From NCBI GenBank assembly GCA_902488455.1, contig CABTWG010000002.1:4324-68323 (forward strand): a DNA stretch of 64,000 bases, given 5' to 3'. The stretch comes from an uncultured Peptoniphilus sp. GTDB taxonomy: Bacteria; Bacillota; Clostridia; Tissierellales; Peptoniphilaceae. The notes under the pieces are model-generated. The model was not told where the DNA came from, did not search any database, and saw nothing but the letters and a program-made list of their open reading frames with translations. The translations under genes and the position numbers were made by a program. Position 1 is the stretch's first letter. The number at the start of each line of letters is the position of its first letter. This document shows positions 41,227 to 51,490 of the stretch, piece by piece.

Positions 41227-41745
41227 TTATTCCTTGTCATTTTTTGGATTTAGAAACATAACCATGCTTCTACCTTCCATCTTTGGTTTCTTATCTACTA
41301 CACCAAATTCAGATACGAGTTCCACAAAGTTATCTAAAACTTCACGTCCTATTTCTGTATGTCCAAGCTCTCGCCCTCTAAAACGAACAGAAACTTTAAC
41401 CCTATCTCCTCTTTTTAAGAAACCTATAGTTTGATTTGCTTTTGTCCTTAAATCATGATCTTCGATGCTAGGTGTAAATCTTATTTCCTTTACACTTATC
41501 ACCTTTTGTTTTTTCTTTGATTCTTTTTCCCTTTTTATAAGTTCGTATCTGTATTTTCCATAATCCATAATACGACAAACAGGTGGTTTAGCCTGTGGCG
41601 CGATCTTAACTAGATCAAGTCTTTTGTCCATCGCTAAATCTAGAGCATGTCTTCTTGAGACAACTCCTATTTGATCTCCGTTTTCGTCGATAAGTCTTAC
41701 TTCCTGTTCTCTAATAGCTTCGTTGATTTGAAGTTCTTTGATAAT
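41227..41745 (-). CDS. infC: Translation initiation factor IF-3, ATT start
   Basis: GGAGG-7nt-ATT ATC AAA; INEAIR, PPVCRIMDYGKY, RFRGRE. Confidence 0.96.
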   Translation of the reverse strand: MIKELQINEAIREQEVRLIDENGDQIGVVSRRHALDLAMDKRLDLVKIAPQAKPPVCRIMDYGKYRYELIKREKESKKKQKVISVKEIRFTPSIEDHDLRTKANQTIGFLKRGDRVKVSVRFRGRELGHTEIGREVLDNFVELVSEFGVVDKKPKMEGRSMVMFLNPKNDKE

Positions 41746-41762
41746 TGTAGCACCTCCATAAA

Positions 41763-41858
41763 TTAAAAAAGCGGGCAAAAAGCCCGCAAAAATATCTCGA
41801 TAGTTTTTACCTTAAACCTCCCTCGGCGTAAGGTGAGAGTGCGAGCTCTACTTTGAAT
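41763..41858 (-). promoter_or_regulatory. L20 ribosomal leader (attenuator)
   Basis: AAGTAGAGCTCGCACTCTCACC 5' motif and terminator GCGGGC-ttttt-GCCCGC-T6 before the infC SD. Confidence 0.8.
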
Positions 41859-41866
41859 ACTCGTAC

Positions 41867-41895
41867 ATTCTATCAGTTAGATTTTATTTTGTCAA
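41867..41895 (-). promoter_or_regulatory. SigA promoter of the infC operon
   Basis: TTGACA-17bp-TAGAAT with extended TG. Confidence 0.85.
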
Positions 41896-41928
41896 CAATT
41901 ATTTTGATAAATACAAATATTTTTATTT

Positions 41929-43035
41929 CTATTTAACTTTTGATTGTAAATATGCATTTATAAATGGGTCAAGGTTTCCATCCATTACAGATTCTACATC
42001 TCCGACTTCTTCGTTGGTTCTGTGATCTTTTACCATCGTGTAGGGTTGAAATACATAGGATCTTATTTGACTTCCCCAAGCAATTTGTGAGTAGTTGCCT
42101 GAAAGGTCTTCAATCGCTTCCTTTTGTTCTTCCTGAGCAATAGAAATAAGTTTTGCCTTTAGAAGTTTCATCGCTGTCTCTCTATTTTGGATCTGACTTC
42201 TTTCATTTTGACATTGGACTACAACTCCTGTTGGAATATGTGTAATTCTTACAGCTGAATCTGTGGTATTTACGTGTTGTCCACCTGCACCTGAAGATCT
42301 ATATGTGTCAATCTTTAAATCTTCTGATTTAATATCTACATCCTCAACATCTTCAAGCTCTGGATAGACATCCACTGAAGAAAATGAAGTGTGTCTTCTC
42401 TTATTCGAATCGAAAGGAGAGATTCTTACAAGTCTATGAACTCCCTTCTCACCTTTTAAATATCCATAACAAGAGTCGCCTTTTATTAAAAGAGTCGCTG
42501 ATTTGATTCCAGCTTCATCTTCTTTTTGAAGATCTAGAACTTCTAATGAAAAACCCTTTTGCTCGCAGTATCTCGTGTACATTCTAAGAAGCATAGATGC
42601 CCAGTCCTGTGCTTCTGTTCCTCCTGCACCAGCATGTATTTGAAGAATTACATCGTTATCGTCGTACTTCTCATTTAGAAGTGTAGCTATCTTAAAATCA
42701 TCTGCATGTTTTTCGAGTTTTGTAAGATCATCTTTAAAATCTTTGTATGCAGAATAATCTTCTTCCATCTCCATGATTTCCATTAGAGCATTTAAAGAAG
42801 CAATCTCTTCTTTTAAATTTTTTAAATTTTCAATCTTTCTATTATAATGATTAAATTCTTTTATAGTTTTTTGAGCAGATTCTGTATCTTCCCAAAATCC
42901 TTCTTCCATTTGTTTATCGTTTAAGTCTCTAAGTTTTGCTTTTATACCATCAATGTCCATTGATTCCATTAGAGAGTTCACCATGTCTTCTATTTCATTT
43001 AGTTTTGTTTTGTCTAAGTAAACATTCTGTTCCAT
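41929..43035 (-). CDS. prfB: Peptide chain release factor 2, single uninterrupted frame
   Basis: GAGGTEAQDW, SPF tripeptide, GGQ. Confidence 0.96.
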   Translation of the reverse strand: MEQNVYLDKTKLNEIEDMVNSLMESMDIDGIKAKLRDLNDKQMEEGFWEDTESAQKTIKEFNHYNRKIENLKNLKEEIASLNALMEIMEMEEDYSAYKDFKDDLTKLEKHADDFKIATLLNEKYDDNDVILQIHAGAGGTEAQDWASMLLRMYTRYCEQKGFSLEVLDLQKEDEAGIKSATLLIKGDSCYGYLKGEKGVHRLVRISPFDSNKRRHTSFSSVDVYPELEDVEDVDIKSEDLKIDTYRSSGAGGQHVNTTDSAVRITHIPTGVVVQCQNERSQIQNRETAMKLLKAKLISIAQEEQKEAIEDLSGNYSQIAWGSQIRSYVFQPYTMVKDHRTNEEVGDVESVMDGNLDPFINAYLQSKVK

Positions 43036-43372
43036 TTTTACCTCCAAATCTACCTCACGTATATTTTATACAAAATTATATTATTTCTCAAACTCTTTTG
43101 TGAAATTTCAAATTTTCTTTGTGATAATTATAAGAAACAACTTCTCTACCTTGTATTTAAATTTAAAATCTACACTAACCAAGTAAGTTTTGTTACAATC
43201 TATGAAACTTTTATTGCTTTATGAAAAGATTTTCATTATAATATTTGTTATAAGGTTAGAAATTCTATGTGAATTATCTTTCATAGTTTTTAGATTAAAT
43301 TTTAAAAACTTTATTTACCATACACAATTATGGTATAATAAACACAACTTAAAAAAAGAATGGAGTAATTAA

Positions 43373-44368
43373 ATGGACAAAGAAGTTTTACTTGAGATGA
43401 AAGACCTACATACGGCTTTCAGAATCAAAGATGACTACTACGATGCCGTAGACGATGTTAATTTGTCCTTGTATCCAGATGAAGTTCTAGCAATAGTTGG
43501 TGAATCAGGATGTGGTAAATCCACACTCGCAACAACCATTATGGGACTTCATGATTTTAACTACACCAGAGTATCTGGCGAAGTTATTTTCGAAGGTGAA
43601 AATATTCTGGAATATGACGAGGACAAATACAATGAAATCCGTGGCGGAAAAATCGGTATGATTTTCCAAGACCCACTTTCAGCTCTTAATCCGCTTCAAA
43701 GAATTGAAGATCAAATTGAAGAAGCACTTATCTATCACACAGATATGACAAAAGAGCAAAGGATGGCTAGAGTAGAAGAGCTTTTAACCAGAGTTGGAAT
43801 TGAAAATCCAAAGAGAATTATGAGGCAATATCCTCATGAATTATCTGGTGGTATGAGACAAAGAGTTATAATTTCTATTGCTCTTGCATGTAAGCCAAAA
43901 ATAATGATAGCTGACGAACCTACAACAGCTCTTGACGTAACAATTCAAGCACAAATACTAGACCTTATGCTTGATATACAAAGAGAAATGCATGCAGGTA
44001 TTATACTTATCACCCACGACCTTGGAGTCGTAGCACAAATGGCAGATAGAGTAGCTGTAATGTACGCTGGAGAAATTGTAGAACTTGCACCTGTACACGA
44101 ATTATTTAAAAACCCTTTGCATCCTTATACAAGATCTCTTCTAAATTCTATTCCTCAAAAGGATTCTGAAAATGAAGAACTACACGTAATTCAAGGTATG
44201 GTTCCATCACTTATTAACCTACCTCGTACAGGATGTAGATTCGCACCTAGAATTCCTTGGGTACCAGAAAGCGAACACGAAGAAATCACTGAACTTCATG
44301 AAGCTGAACCAGGACACTTTGTAAGATGTACTTGCTACAAGAGTTTTAAATTTGATTACGAGGTGTAA
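43373..44368 (+). CDS. oppD: Oligopeptide ABC transporter ATPase
   Basis: GESGCGKS, IFQDPLSALNP, LSGGMRQR, HPYT. Confidence 0.92.
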   Translation: MDKEVLLEMKDLHTAFRIKDDYYDAVDDVNLSLYPDEVLAIVGESGCGKSTLATTIMGLHDFNYTRVSGEVIFEGENILEYDEDKYNEIRGGKIGMIFQDPLSALNPLQRIEDQIEEALIYHTDMTKEQRMARVEELLTRVGIENPKRIMRQYPHELSGGMRQRVIISIALACKPKIMIADEPTTALDVTIQAQILDLMLDIQREMHAGIILITHDLGVVAQMADRVAVMYAGEIVELAPVHELFKNPLHPYTRSLLNSIPQKDSENEELHVIQGMVPSLINLPRTGCRFAPRIPWVPESEHEEITELHEAEPGHFVRCTCYKSFKFDYEV

Positions 44369-44369
44369 T

Positions 44370-45308
44370 ATGTCATTAATAGAAATAAAAGATTTAAAGG
44401 TTCACTACCCTATTCGTGGTGGATTTTTCAATAAAATAATTGATTATGTATATGCTGTTGATGGTGTAAACATGACTATTGACGAAGGTAAAACCATTGG
44501 ACTTATCGGAGAATCAGGTTCAGGTAAGTCTACAATCGGTAAGACAATTGTAGGTCTTGAAAAAGTAACATCTGGAGAAATTCTATATAATGGACACGAC
44601 GTAACTAAAAAATCAGTTAGAAAATCAATCCATTATAACAAAGACGTTCAAATGATTTTCCAAGACTCAATGAGTTCACTAGACCCTAGAAAGAGGGTTA
44701 TCGATATAATAGGCGAACCTATTAGAAACTTTGAAAACTTAAATAAAGAAGAAGAATTTGAAAGAGTTCTTGAACTACTTGCAATCGTAGGTATGGCTAA
44801 AGAAGCCATCTATAAATATCCTCACGAATTCTCCGGTGGTCAAAGACAAAGAATCGGAGTTGCAAGATCTGTTGCTTGCTATCCAAAACTAATAATAGCA
44901 GACGAACCAGTTTCAGCACTTGACTTATCAGTACAAGCTCAAGTACTAAACTACATGAAGAAGATTCAAAAGGACTTCAATCTAACATATATCTTCATCT
45001 CCCACGACTTAGGGGTTGTAAGACATATGTGTGACTACATTTATATAATGCACAGAGGTAGATTCGTAGAAGCAGGAACAAGAGAAGATATATACAATAA
45101 CCCAAGACACATCTATACTAGAAAGCTTATAGCTTCTATTCCTGATACTGACCCTACATTAAAAGAAGAACTTAAACGCCAAAGAGACGAAGTAGAAAAA
45201 GAATACGATGAAAAATATGATCTTTACTATGATAGCAATAATAAGGTATATCCATTAACACAAATTTCTGATACTCACTTTGTCGCACTTAAAGGAGGAG
45301 AGAAATAA
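44370..45308 (+). CDS. oppF: Oligopeptide ABC transporter ATPase
   Basis: GESGSGKS, FSGGQRQR, DEPVSALD. Confidence 0.92.
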   Translation: MSLIEIKDLKVHYPIRGGFFNKIIDYVYAVDGVNMTIDEGKTIGLIGESGSGKSTIGKTIVGLEKVTSGEILYNGHDVTKKSVRKSIHYNKDVQMIFQDSMSSLDPRKRVIDIIGEPIRNFENLNKEEEFERVLELLAIVGMAKEAIYKYPHEFSGGQRQRIGVARSVACYPKLIIADEPVSALDLSVQAQVLNYMKKIQKDFNLTYIFISHDLGVVRHMCDYIYIMHRGRFVEAGTREDIYNNPRHIYTRKLIASIPDTDPTLKEELKRQRDEVEKEYDEKYDLYYDSNNKVYPLTQISDTHFVALKGGEK

Positions 45309-46270
45309 TGTGGAAAACAGTCTTACGTAGAGTACTTCTAATGATCCCTCAGCTATTTATACTTAGTCTACTCATCTTCATCATGGCTAAACAAATGCCA
45401 GGGGACGCACTTACCGGATCAATCGGTGGAAATGTTAAGCCTGAAGTATTAGAACAAATCAGGCGCGAATCTGGATGGTATGACCCATGGTATGAACAAT
45501 ACTGGAGATGGATCACAAAAGCCTTAAGAGGTGACTTTGGAAAGTCATTCCAATATAAACAACCTGTAACAAGAGTAATTGGAGCAAGAGCTGCTAACAC
45601 ATTCTTATTAGCACTATTTGCAACTGTTCTAAGTTATCTAATTGCACTTCCTCTAGGAATCAAAGCTGGTAGAAACCCTGGTTCAAGATTTGATAAGGGA
45701 GTTATACTTTATAACTTCATTTCATATGCTATGCCATCATTTGTACTATACCTATTTACACTTTTACTATTTGGTTATGTACTAAAATGGTTACCAACTA
45801 TGGGTTCTGTAGATCCTCATATTGCCAAAGGCACATTTGCTTATTTCTTAAACAGATTAAAGCACCTTATCATGCCTGCGGGATGTATAGCTATACTTTC
45901 AACAACAGGTACAATCCAATACCTAAGAAACGAAATCATAGATGCTAAGACACAAGATTATGTTAAGACAGCTAGATCAAAAGGTGTACCTATGAAAAAA
46001 GTATATTCACATCATATATTTAGGAACTCTCTTCTACCAATAGCAGCATTCTTTGGATTCCAAATCACTGGTCTTCTAGGAGGATCAATGATCGCGGAAA
46101 GAATATTCAACTATCCTGGTATGGGTAACTTATTTATAGATGCCATACTACTTCGTGACTATTCTGTTGTAAATGCACTAGTAATGCTCTATGGATTTTT
46201 GAACTTACTTGGTTCTCTACTTTCTGATATTATCATGAGTATCGTTGACCCAAGAATAAGAATAGAATAG
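45308..46270 (+). CDS. oppB: Oligopeptide ABC permease
   Basis: DYVKTARSKG, DPRI C-terminus. Confidence 0.92.
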   Translation: MWKTVLRRVLLMIPQLFILSLLIFIMAKQMPGDALTGSIGGNVKPEVLEQIRRESGWYDPWYEQYWRWITKALRGDFGKSFQYKQPVTRVIGARAANTFLLALFATVLSYLIALPLGIKAGRNPGSRFDKGVILYNFISYAMPSFVLYLFTLLLFGYVLKWLPTMGSVDPHIAKGTFAYFLNRLKHLIMPAGCIAILSTTGTIQYLRNEIIDAKTQDYVKTARSKGVPMKKVYSHHIFRNSLLPIAAFFGFQITGLLGGSMIAERIFNYPGMGNLFIDAILLRDYSVVNALVMLYGFLNLLGSLLSDIIMSIVDPRIRIE

Positions 46271-46282
46271 GAGGCTACCATC

Positions 46283-47245
46283 ATGGATAAAAACAAAAAA
46301 GAGATAGCTCCTAATGAAGCAAAAGTGGAAAATATAAAAGATATAGATATGAAGAAACTTGAAGAAGAAAAGATGGAAAACCCAATGGGTTTTAAAGTAA
46401 TTCTTAGAGAATTCGAAAAAGACAAGGTAGCAACAGTTGCATTTTGGTTAATTGTAGCATTCCTAGCATTTATTGTAATCACATCATTCTTCATATCAGA
46501 AGATTTAATTGTAAAAGTAGATATTTTTGAAAAATACGCCAGACCATCAAAAGAAAGTTTTTGGACTTGGTTTGGTAAAGATTCCGGTGGACGTAGTGTA
46601 ATGGCACTAACAATTGTAGGTGCTCGTAACTCAGTTCTTATCGGTTTCGGTGTAACAGTAATAACAACATTCGTAGGACTTTTCGTAGGTCTTATGGTTG
46701 GATACTACGGAGGTAAATTCGACTCTGTAGTAATGAGAATTGTAGACTTTATTTCACTTCTACCAGTTCTTATGATTATTATTGTAATTGTAACAATGAT
46801 TACAAACTTCACAGCAATGAGTTTAATTTTAATCATGTCAGCTTTCTACTGGATAGGTACAGCAAGACTTGTAAGATCTAAGGCCCTATCAGAAAGTAGA
46901 CGTGACTATGTAAATGCATCTAAGACTATGGGAACATCAGACCTTAAGATAATGTACGGTGGAATACTTCCAAATATTTCATCAATCCTTATAGTTGACT
47001 CAACTCTAGCCCTTGCAGGAAACATTGGTATTGAAACCTCACTTTCATTCTTAGGTTTCGGACTACCAGCTAACGTACCTTCCCTAGGTACACTTATAGC
47101 TCTTGCAAGTAAGCCAGAAATTATACAAGATAAACCTTATGTATGGGTACCTGCATCATTAACAATATTGTTCTTGATGTTATGTATAAATTATGTCGGA
47201 CAAGCACTGCGCCGTGCATCTGACGCAAGACAAAGATTAGGATGA
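46283..47245 (+). CDS. oppC: Oligopeptide ABC permease
   Basis: FGKDSGGR, ETSLSFLGFG. Confidence 0.92.
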   Translation: MDKNKKEIAPNEAKVENIKDIDMKKLEEEKMENPMGFKVILREFEKDKVATVAFWLIVAFLAFIVITSFFISEDLIVKVDIFEKYARPSKESFWTWFGKDSGGRSVMALTIVGARNSVLIGFGVTVITTFVGLFVGLMVGYYGGKFDSVVMRIVDFISLLPVLMIIIVIVTMITNFTAMSLILIMSAFYWIGTARLVRSKALSESRRDYVNASKTMGTSDLKIMYGGILPNISSILIVDSTLALAGNIGIETSLSFLGFGLPANVPSLGTLIALASKPEIIQDKPYVWVPASLTILFLMLCINYVGQALRRASDARQRLG

Positions 47246-47258
47246 CAGGAGGTAAGTA

Positions 47259-49112
47259 ATGAAAAATATCCTAAAAAAAGTCTCACTACTTTTAGCATTT
47301 GCTATTATCCTTACTGCTTGCGGTAATGGTGGAGCAAATAAAGCTAATGGCAATAAAGCCAACGGCAACAAAACTAATACAGGAGACACTCAAACAGAAG
47401 TAGCTAGCCCAAGTATGGAAGCTGTTATCGACAATGACGGAGACGTAATCGATGCTGCAGACGATACATTAAGAGTAGCAATTATTTCTGACTCAACTTT
47501 CAAAGGTATACTTAATGGTGTACTTGCTCAAGACGATCTTGACTTTTCAATCTTAGGTTATACTATGAACGGTGCTTCAGCTGGTGGACCTAACTATGAA
47601 ATGAATCAAAATCCAAAGGATGAAGTTCCAGTAAGATGGACATTTGATGCAAAAGCTAAAACTGCAACTGCAGAAATCAATCCTAAATTCAAATGGAACA
47701 ATGGTGAAACAGTAACTACTGATGACATCATCAAAATGTACGAAATTGTATGTAACCAAGACTACATCCTAGATGCTAAATCAGTAAGATTTGACGAAGA
47801 CACTCAAAACGTAGTTGGAGCAATCGAATACAACAAAGGCGAAGCAGACCATATTTCAGGTCTTGAAAAAGTTGACGATTCTAAACTTATCGTTCACTTT
47901 AAAGAATTCTACCCTTCAATTCTATGGGGTGGTGGACTTCAATTTGAATTCGTAAACGCAAAACAATACGAAGGTATCGCAATGAAAGACGTTGCTGGTT
48001 CTGATCCACTTAGAAAGAACCCACTTTCTTATGGACCTTACTATGTAACTAACATAGTTCCAGGTGAATCTGTTACTTTCAAAGCTAACGAACACTACAT
48101 CTGGGGAGCTCCAAAAATCAAAAACCTAGAAATGAGAATTCTTCCATCAGCTCAAGCTGTAGCTTCTATGAAAGCTGGAGAATTTGATATCTACCTAGGA
48201 CCTGGAAATGATATTTACGGAGACGTAAAAGACTTATCAAACGTTAAGACAGTTGGTATCCCAAGACTTTCTTGGAACTACCTAGGATTTAAACTTGGTA
48301 CTTGGGACGCAGATAAAGGTGAAATTGTATATAATCCAGAATCTAAGATGGCTGACCCAGCACTTAGAAAAGCAATGGGACACGCTATTGACAATAACTC
48401 AATTGGAGAAAAATTCTTCAACGGATTATCATTCTTTGCTAACTCTCCAATCCCACCAGCATTTGGTCAAATCTATGACCCAACTGTAAAGGGATGCTAC
48501 TATGACATGGATCTTGCTAAGAAACTTCTTGATGACGCAGGATACAAAGATACTGACGGAGACGGATTCAGAGAAACTCCAGACGGAAAACCTCTAGTAA
48601 TCAACTTCGCACACATGGCAGGTGGAGAAACTGCAGAACCACTATCACAATACTATATGCAACAATGGAAAGAAATTGGTCTTAATGTAAAACTTTACGG
48701 AGATAGACTAATGGACTTCAACGTATTCTATGATAAGCTAGACGAAGATGATCCTGAAATTGATGCATTCATGGCTGGATGGAACACTGGATCTAACCCA
48801 GACCCATCAGGATTCTATGGCGCTAAAGCTGCATTCAACCTTCCAAGATACACTTCTCCAGCAATGCAAGAAGTTCTTGATAAGATATCATCTAACAAAG
48901 CTTTAGATGAAGAATTCAGAACAAACGCATACAAAGAATTCCAAGCACTAGCTATGGAAGAAGTTCCTTATATCCCAACAAGATTCTCAACTGACTGGAT
49001 TGTAATCAACAACAGAATTAAACACTTTGACTACAGACCATACGTTGAAGGAGAACACTTCGGATTATATAGCGTAGAAGTAACTCAAAAAGACAGAGCA
49101 GTAGCTCAATAA
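47259..49112 (+). CDS. oppA: Oligopeptide-binding lipoprotein
   Basis: Lipobox LTAC; family-5 solute-binding features; DxDGDG motif. Confidence 0.9.
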   Translation: MKNILKKVSLLLAFAIILTACGNGGANKANGNKANGNKTNTGDTQTEVASPSMEAVIDNDGDVIDAADDTLRVAIISDSTFKGILNGVLAQDDLDFSILGYTMNGASAGGPNYEMNQNPKDEVPVRWTFDAKAKTATAEINPKFKWNNGETVTTDDIIKMYEIVCNQDYILDAKSVRFDEDTQNVVGAIEYNKGEADHISGLEKVDDSKLIVHFKEFYPSILWGGGLQFEFVNAKQYEGIAMKDVAGSDPLRKNPLSYGPYYVTNIVPGESVTFKANEHYIWGAPKIKNLEMRILPSAQAVASMKAGEFDIYLGPGNDIYGDVKDLSNVKTVGIPRLSWNYLGFKLGTWDADKGEIVYNPESKMADPALRKAMGHAIDNNSIGEKFFNGLSFFANSPIPPAFGQIYDPTVKGCYYDMDLAKKLLDDAGYKDTDGDGFRETPDGKPLVINFAHMAGGETAEPLSQYYMQQWKEIGLNVKLYGDRLMDFNVFYDKLDEDDPEIDAFMAGWNTGSNPDPSGFYGAKAAFNLPRYTSPAMQEVLDKISSNKALDEEFRTNAYKEFQALAMEEVPYIPTRFSTDWIVINNRIKHFDYRPYVEGEHFGLYSVEVTQKDRAVAQ

Positions 49113-49127
49113 TAAATATGGCGCTTT

Positions 49128-49157
49128 AAAAACCTCTCATATGAGAGGTTTTTTTTA
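49128..49157 (+). terminator. Terminator after oppA
   Basis: AAAAACCTCTCAT-ATGAGAGGTTTTT palindrome plus T tract. Confidence 0.85.
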
Positions 49158-49389
49158 TGCCCTATTTTTTTGTCTAAATCTTCATCTTTACATAAAGAAA
49201 GAGACTCGAGTTAATGAGTCTCCCCAATATTTAACATAGAGTCCTAGAAATGAAACAAAATTTAGTTCTAATCTCTTTCAATTTTTCCAATTCTTTCAAT
49301 TCTTTTAACAATAAGTTTTATAAGATTTTCTATGTGTTTTCTATCTCCATGTATTATTTACATTTTTTTAATTAAATCCTAAACGGCAC

Positions 49390-49510
49390 TTACAATTCTA
49401 TTAAATGTGTGATAGACTATGCGTATGTGATAAATTCATTAAAATACCTCATTGATTTTTTATTGCAGTTGGCAGACCGCAAATTTATTATTTCACTGAG
49501 GTATTTTTTT
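49390..49510 (+). ncRNA. Candidate ~85-nt small RNA with its own promoter
   Basis: TTACAA-17bp-(TG)TAGACT at 49390-49418; 11-bp stem 49441-49451/49497-49507 ending in a T tract; no ORF. Confidence 0.4.
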
Positions 49511-49567
49511 GGTTATCATCGCTAAAACTATACTGAACCCCCAGTCCAACTGGGGTTTTCTTATAAC

Positions 49568-49592
49568 AAAAAACGAGGTTGCCCTCGCCTTT
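49568..49592 (-). terminator. Probable terminator after herA
   Basis: CGAGG-gcaa-CCTCG followed by T6 on the minus strand. Confidence 0.6.
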
Positions 49593-49663
49593 TAATTCAA
49601 AATATAAAATTATTTTAATTATTTTTATTTTCTAAATTTATCTTATCTTTTTTAAAAATAAAT

Positions 49664-51490
49664 TTATTTATCTTCTTTTCTTAAATACTTATCCCCTAGA
49701 AAGCCTTTTTCTTTTACAACAAGCTCTGAGTCCACTAGCCTTTCCAATATTTCTTTTAAATCATCTACAGACACATCAAATCCCTTTGAAGCTGATATAT
49801 TCTTAGCAGTCATCATTAGATTAGTTTCCTCTATTGGAAGATAGTCCTCCACGATTTTAAATTTATCTTCACGAATTTTATTTCTCATACTCTTTAGTTC
49901 GTCGAATGGGTTTTCTTTGTGTGGGCTTGTTGTATCTGCCTTTCTTATTCTTACATATTGGGTTCTTCCAAGTTCTGCCGAGGATACGAATACATCCCCT
50001 GTTGTGAGATATGGCAGTCTTTTAGATTCTTCTGGACTGATATCCGTTTCTGAACGAATGGTGTCAATGTCCTGTGCCCTTACGGTCCTAAATATAAATT
50101 TGGTGTTTAGTTGGGCTGTTATGGTTTCATCAAGAAGTGTCGGTCTTTGAGTAGCAAGCACTAGAAATACGCCGTACTTTCTTCCCTCTTGGGATATCTC
50201 TCTAAGAATGGACTTTGTTGGTGATGGAACTGCCTTCGGTGCGAAGTTATGAGCTTCGTCTGTAACTATTAAAAATGGCACAAAGTAGTCTGCGTCTCCA
50301 CCAATGGATAGTGAGTCTTTGTAATCACGCCTTAGTCTATAGGTCTTGTTTAAAAGATAGGTACTAAATGTGTTTATTAGTTTTGTTGAGCCTTGCACTA
50401 CACAAAGCTTGCCGTCCATAAGAGCGTTTAGTAGTTCATCTATGTTTCTATTAAATATTCCTTGATTTATAAGTTGTTTTAATCTCCAATTTATTCCTCT
50501 TAGAGACATTATATTTACTTTTCTCTCGTACTTATCCAAGAGATCTTCCAAGTACACATAATGGGTTAACTCTTCCCCACTTGCGCTTTGGATTTCCTTT
50601 TGAATATTATCTCGCCCTAAATCTATTGCTTCGATAAGACTGTCGATTAGAGCCTCTAGCCCCTCTACAGAGCCGCCTTTTTTATGAATTATATCAACGG
50701 TAGCTTCCATAGATTCTGTCAGTTCTGAAACGGATCTGAGCATCACCTTTAAGTCCATTCCATTTATTTCACTGAACTGAACTCCAATATCTCTTCCCAC
50801 CATGAACTTTTTAAATCTATCCTTGAAATCATAGTTTGAACTATCTCCAAACTCCATTTCGTAGTGAGGATCTAGCACTATTGTCGGGATTTTCTTCTTC
50901 ATAAGTTCTTCCAAAAGCACCCTTAGTCCAAAACTTTTACCTGATCCTGAGCCACCAAATATTCCTATATGAGGATATTCATGCATGGAATTTATATTTA
51001 ATATAAATGGCACGTCACTTTGCGGTTCAGTCTTATCTTCTTCGAATATTTCCAAAACGCCCTTTAGATCGTCGTCCATCTCGTCATATAAGACTTCTGT
51101 GTTTTTTATAATTCCTATAGTTAGTCCCTTTTCTCTCGAGGTCTTTGCAATGATTGGCTTAAGCTCATCGAAAGATGGAATATTTACATCTGACCCTGTT
51201 AACACTGGATACTTAGCTTCCTTTAAAAGTCTTACCTTTGCAATGTATATCGTATCTTCTGAAAGATCGTATCCCAAACTCTTAAGGCTTATTAGTACTG
51301 AACTGTCCACGAAATCTCCGCCTATATCCAGCGGTATAAATCTATTGTAGGTTTGCGCCTCTACCACTTCACCGAGAAGCCTGCCCTGTGCTTCGTCGTC
51401 AATGGCAAGGAACTCATTCATCCTGAAATTTCTCTCCTTGCTTCCTACATAAAATGTGTTATTGGTGGTTATTCCAACTACTTTTATCAT
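49664..51490 (-). CDS. herA: HerA-family ATPase/helicase (HAS barrel plus FtsK/HerA ATPase)
   Basis: HIGIFGGSGSGKS, LDPHYE, DEAHNFAP, EGRKYG, LATQRP. Confidence 0.88.
   Translation of the reverse strand: MIKVVGITTNNTFYVGSKERNFRMNEFLAIDDEAQGRLLGEVVEAQTYNRFIPLDIGGDFVDSSVLISLKSLGYDLSEDTIYIAKVRLLKEAKYPVLTGSDVNIPSFDELKPIIAKTSREKGLTIGIIKNTEVLYDEMDDDLKGVLEIFEEDKTEPQSDVPFILNINSMHEYPHIGIFGGSGSGKSFGLRVLLEELMKKKIPTIVLDPHYEMEFGDSSNYDFKDRFKKFMVGRDIGVQFSEINGMDLKVMLRSVSELTESMEATVDIIHKKGGSVEGLEALIDSLIEAIDLGRDNIQKEIQSASGEELTHYVYLEDLLDKYERKVNIMSLRGINWRLKQLINQGIFNRNIDELLNALMDGKLCVVQGSTKLINTFSTYLLNKTYRLRRDYKDSLSIGGDADYFVPFLIVTDEAHNFAPKAVPSPTKSILREISQEGRKYGVFLVLATQRPTLLDETITAQLNTKFIFRTVRAQDIDTIRSETDISPEESKRLPYLTTGDVFVSSAELGRTQYVRIRKADTTSPHKENPFDELKSMRNKIREDKFKIVEDYLPIEETNLMMTAKNISASKGFDVSVDDLKEILERLVDSELVVKEKGFLGDKYLRKEDK

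Noticed and set aside
43080..43340. CodY boxes upstream of opp
   Set aside because: The best candidates noticed have about four mismatches in very AT-rich DNA
47337..47380. 15-bp tandem repeat (NKANG) in the oppA linker
   Set aside because: Ordinary low-complexity lipoprotein tether
49664..51490. HerA anti-phage system (Sir2-HerA or HerA-DUF4297)
   Set aside because: The partner carries NurA motifs and the operon context is housekeeping
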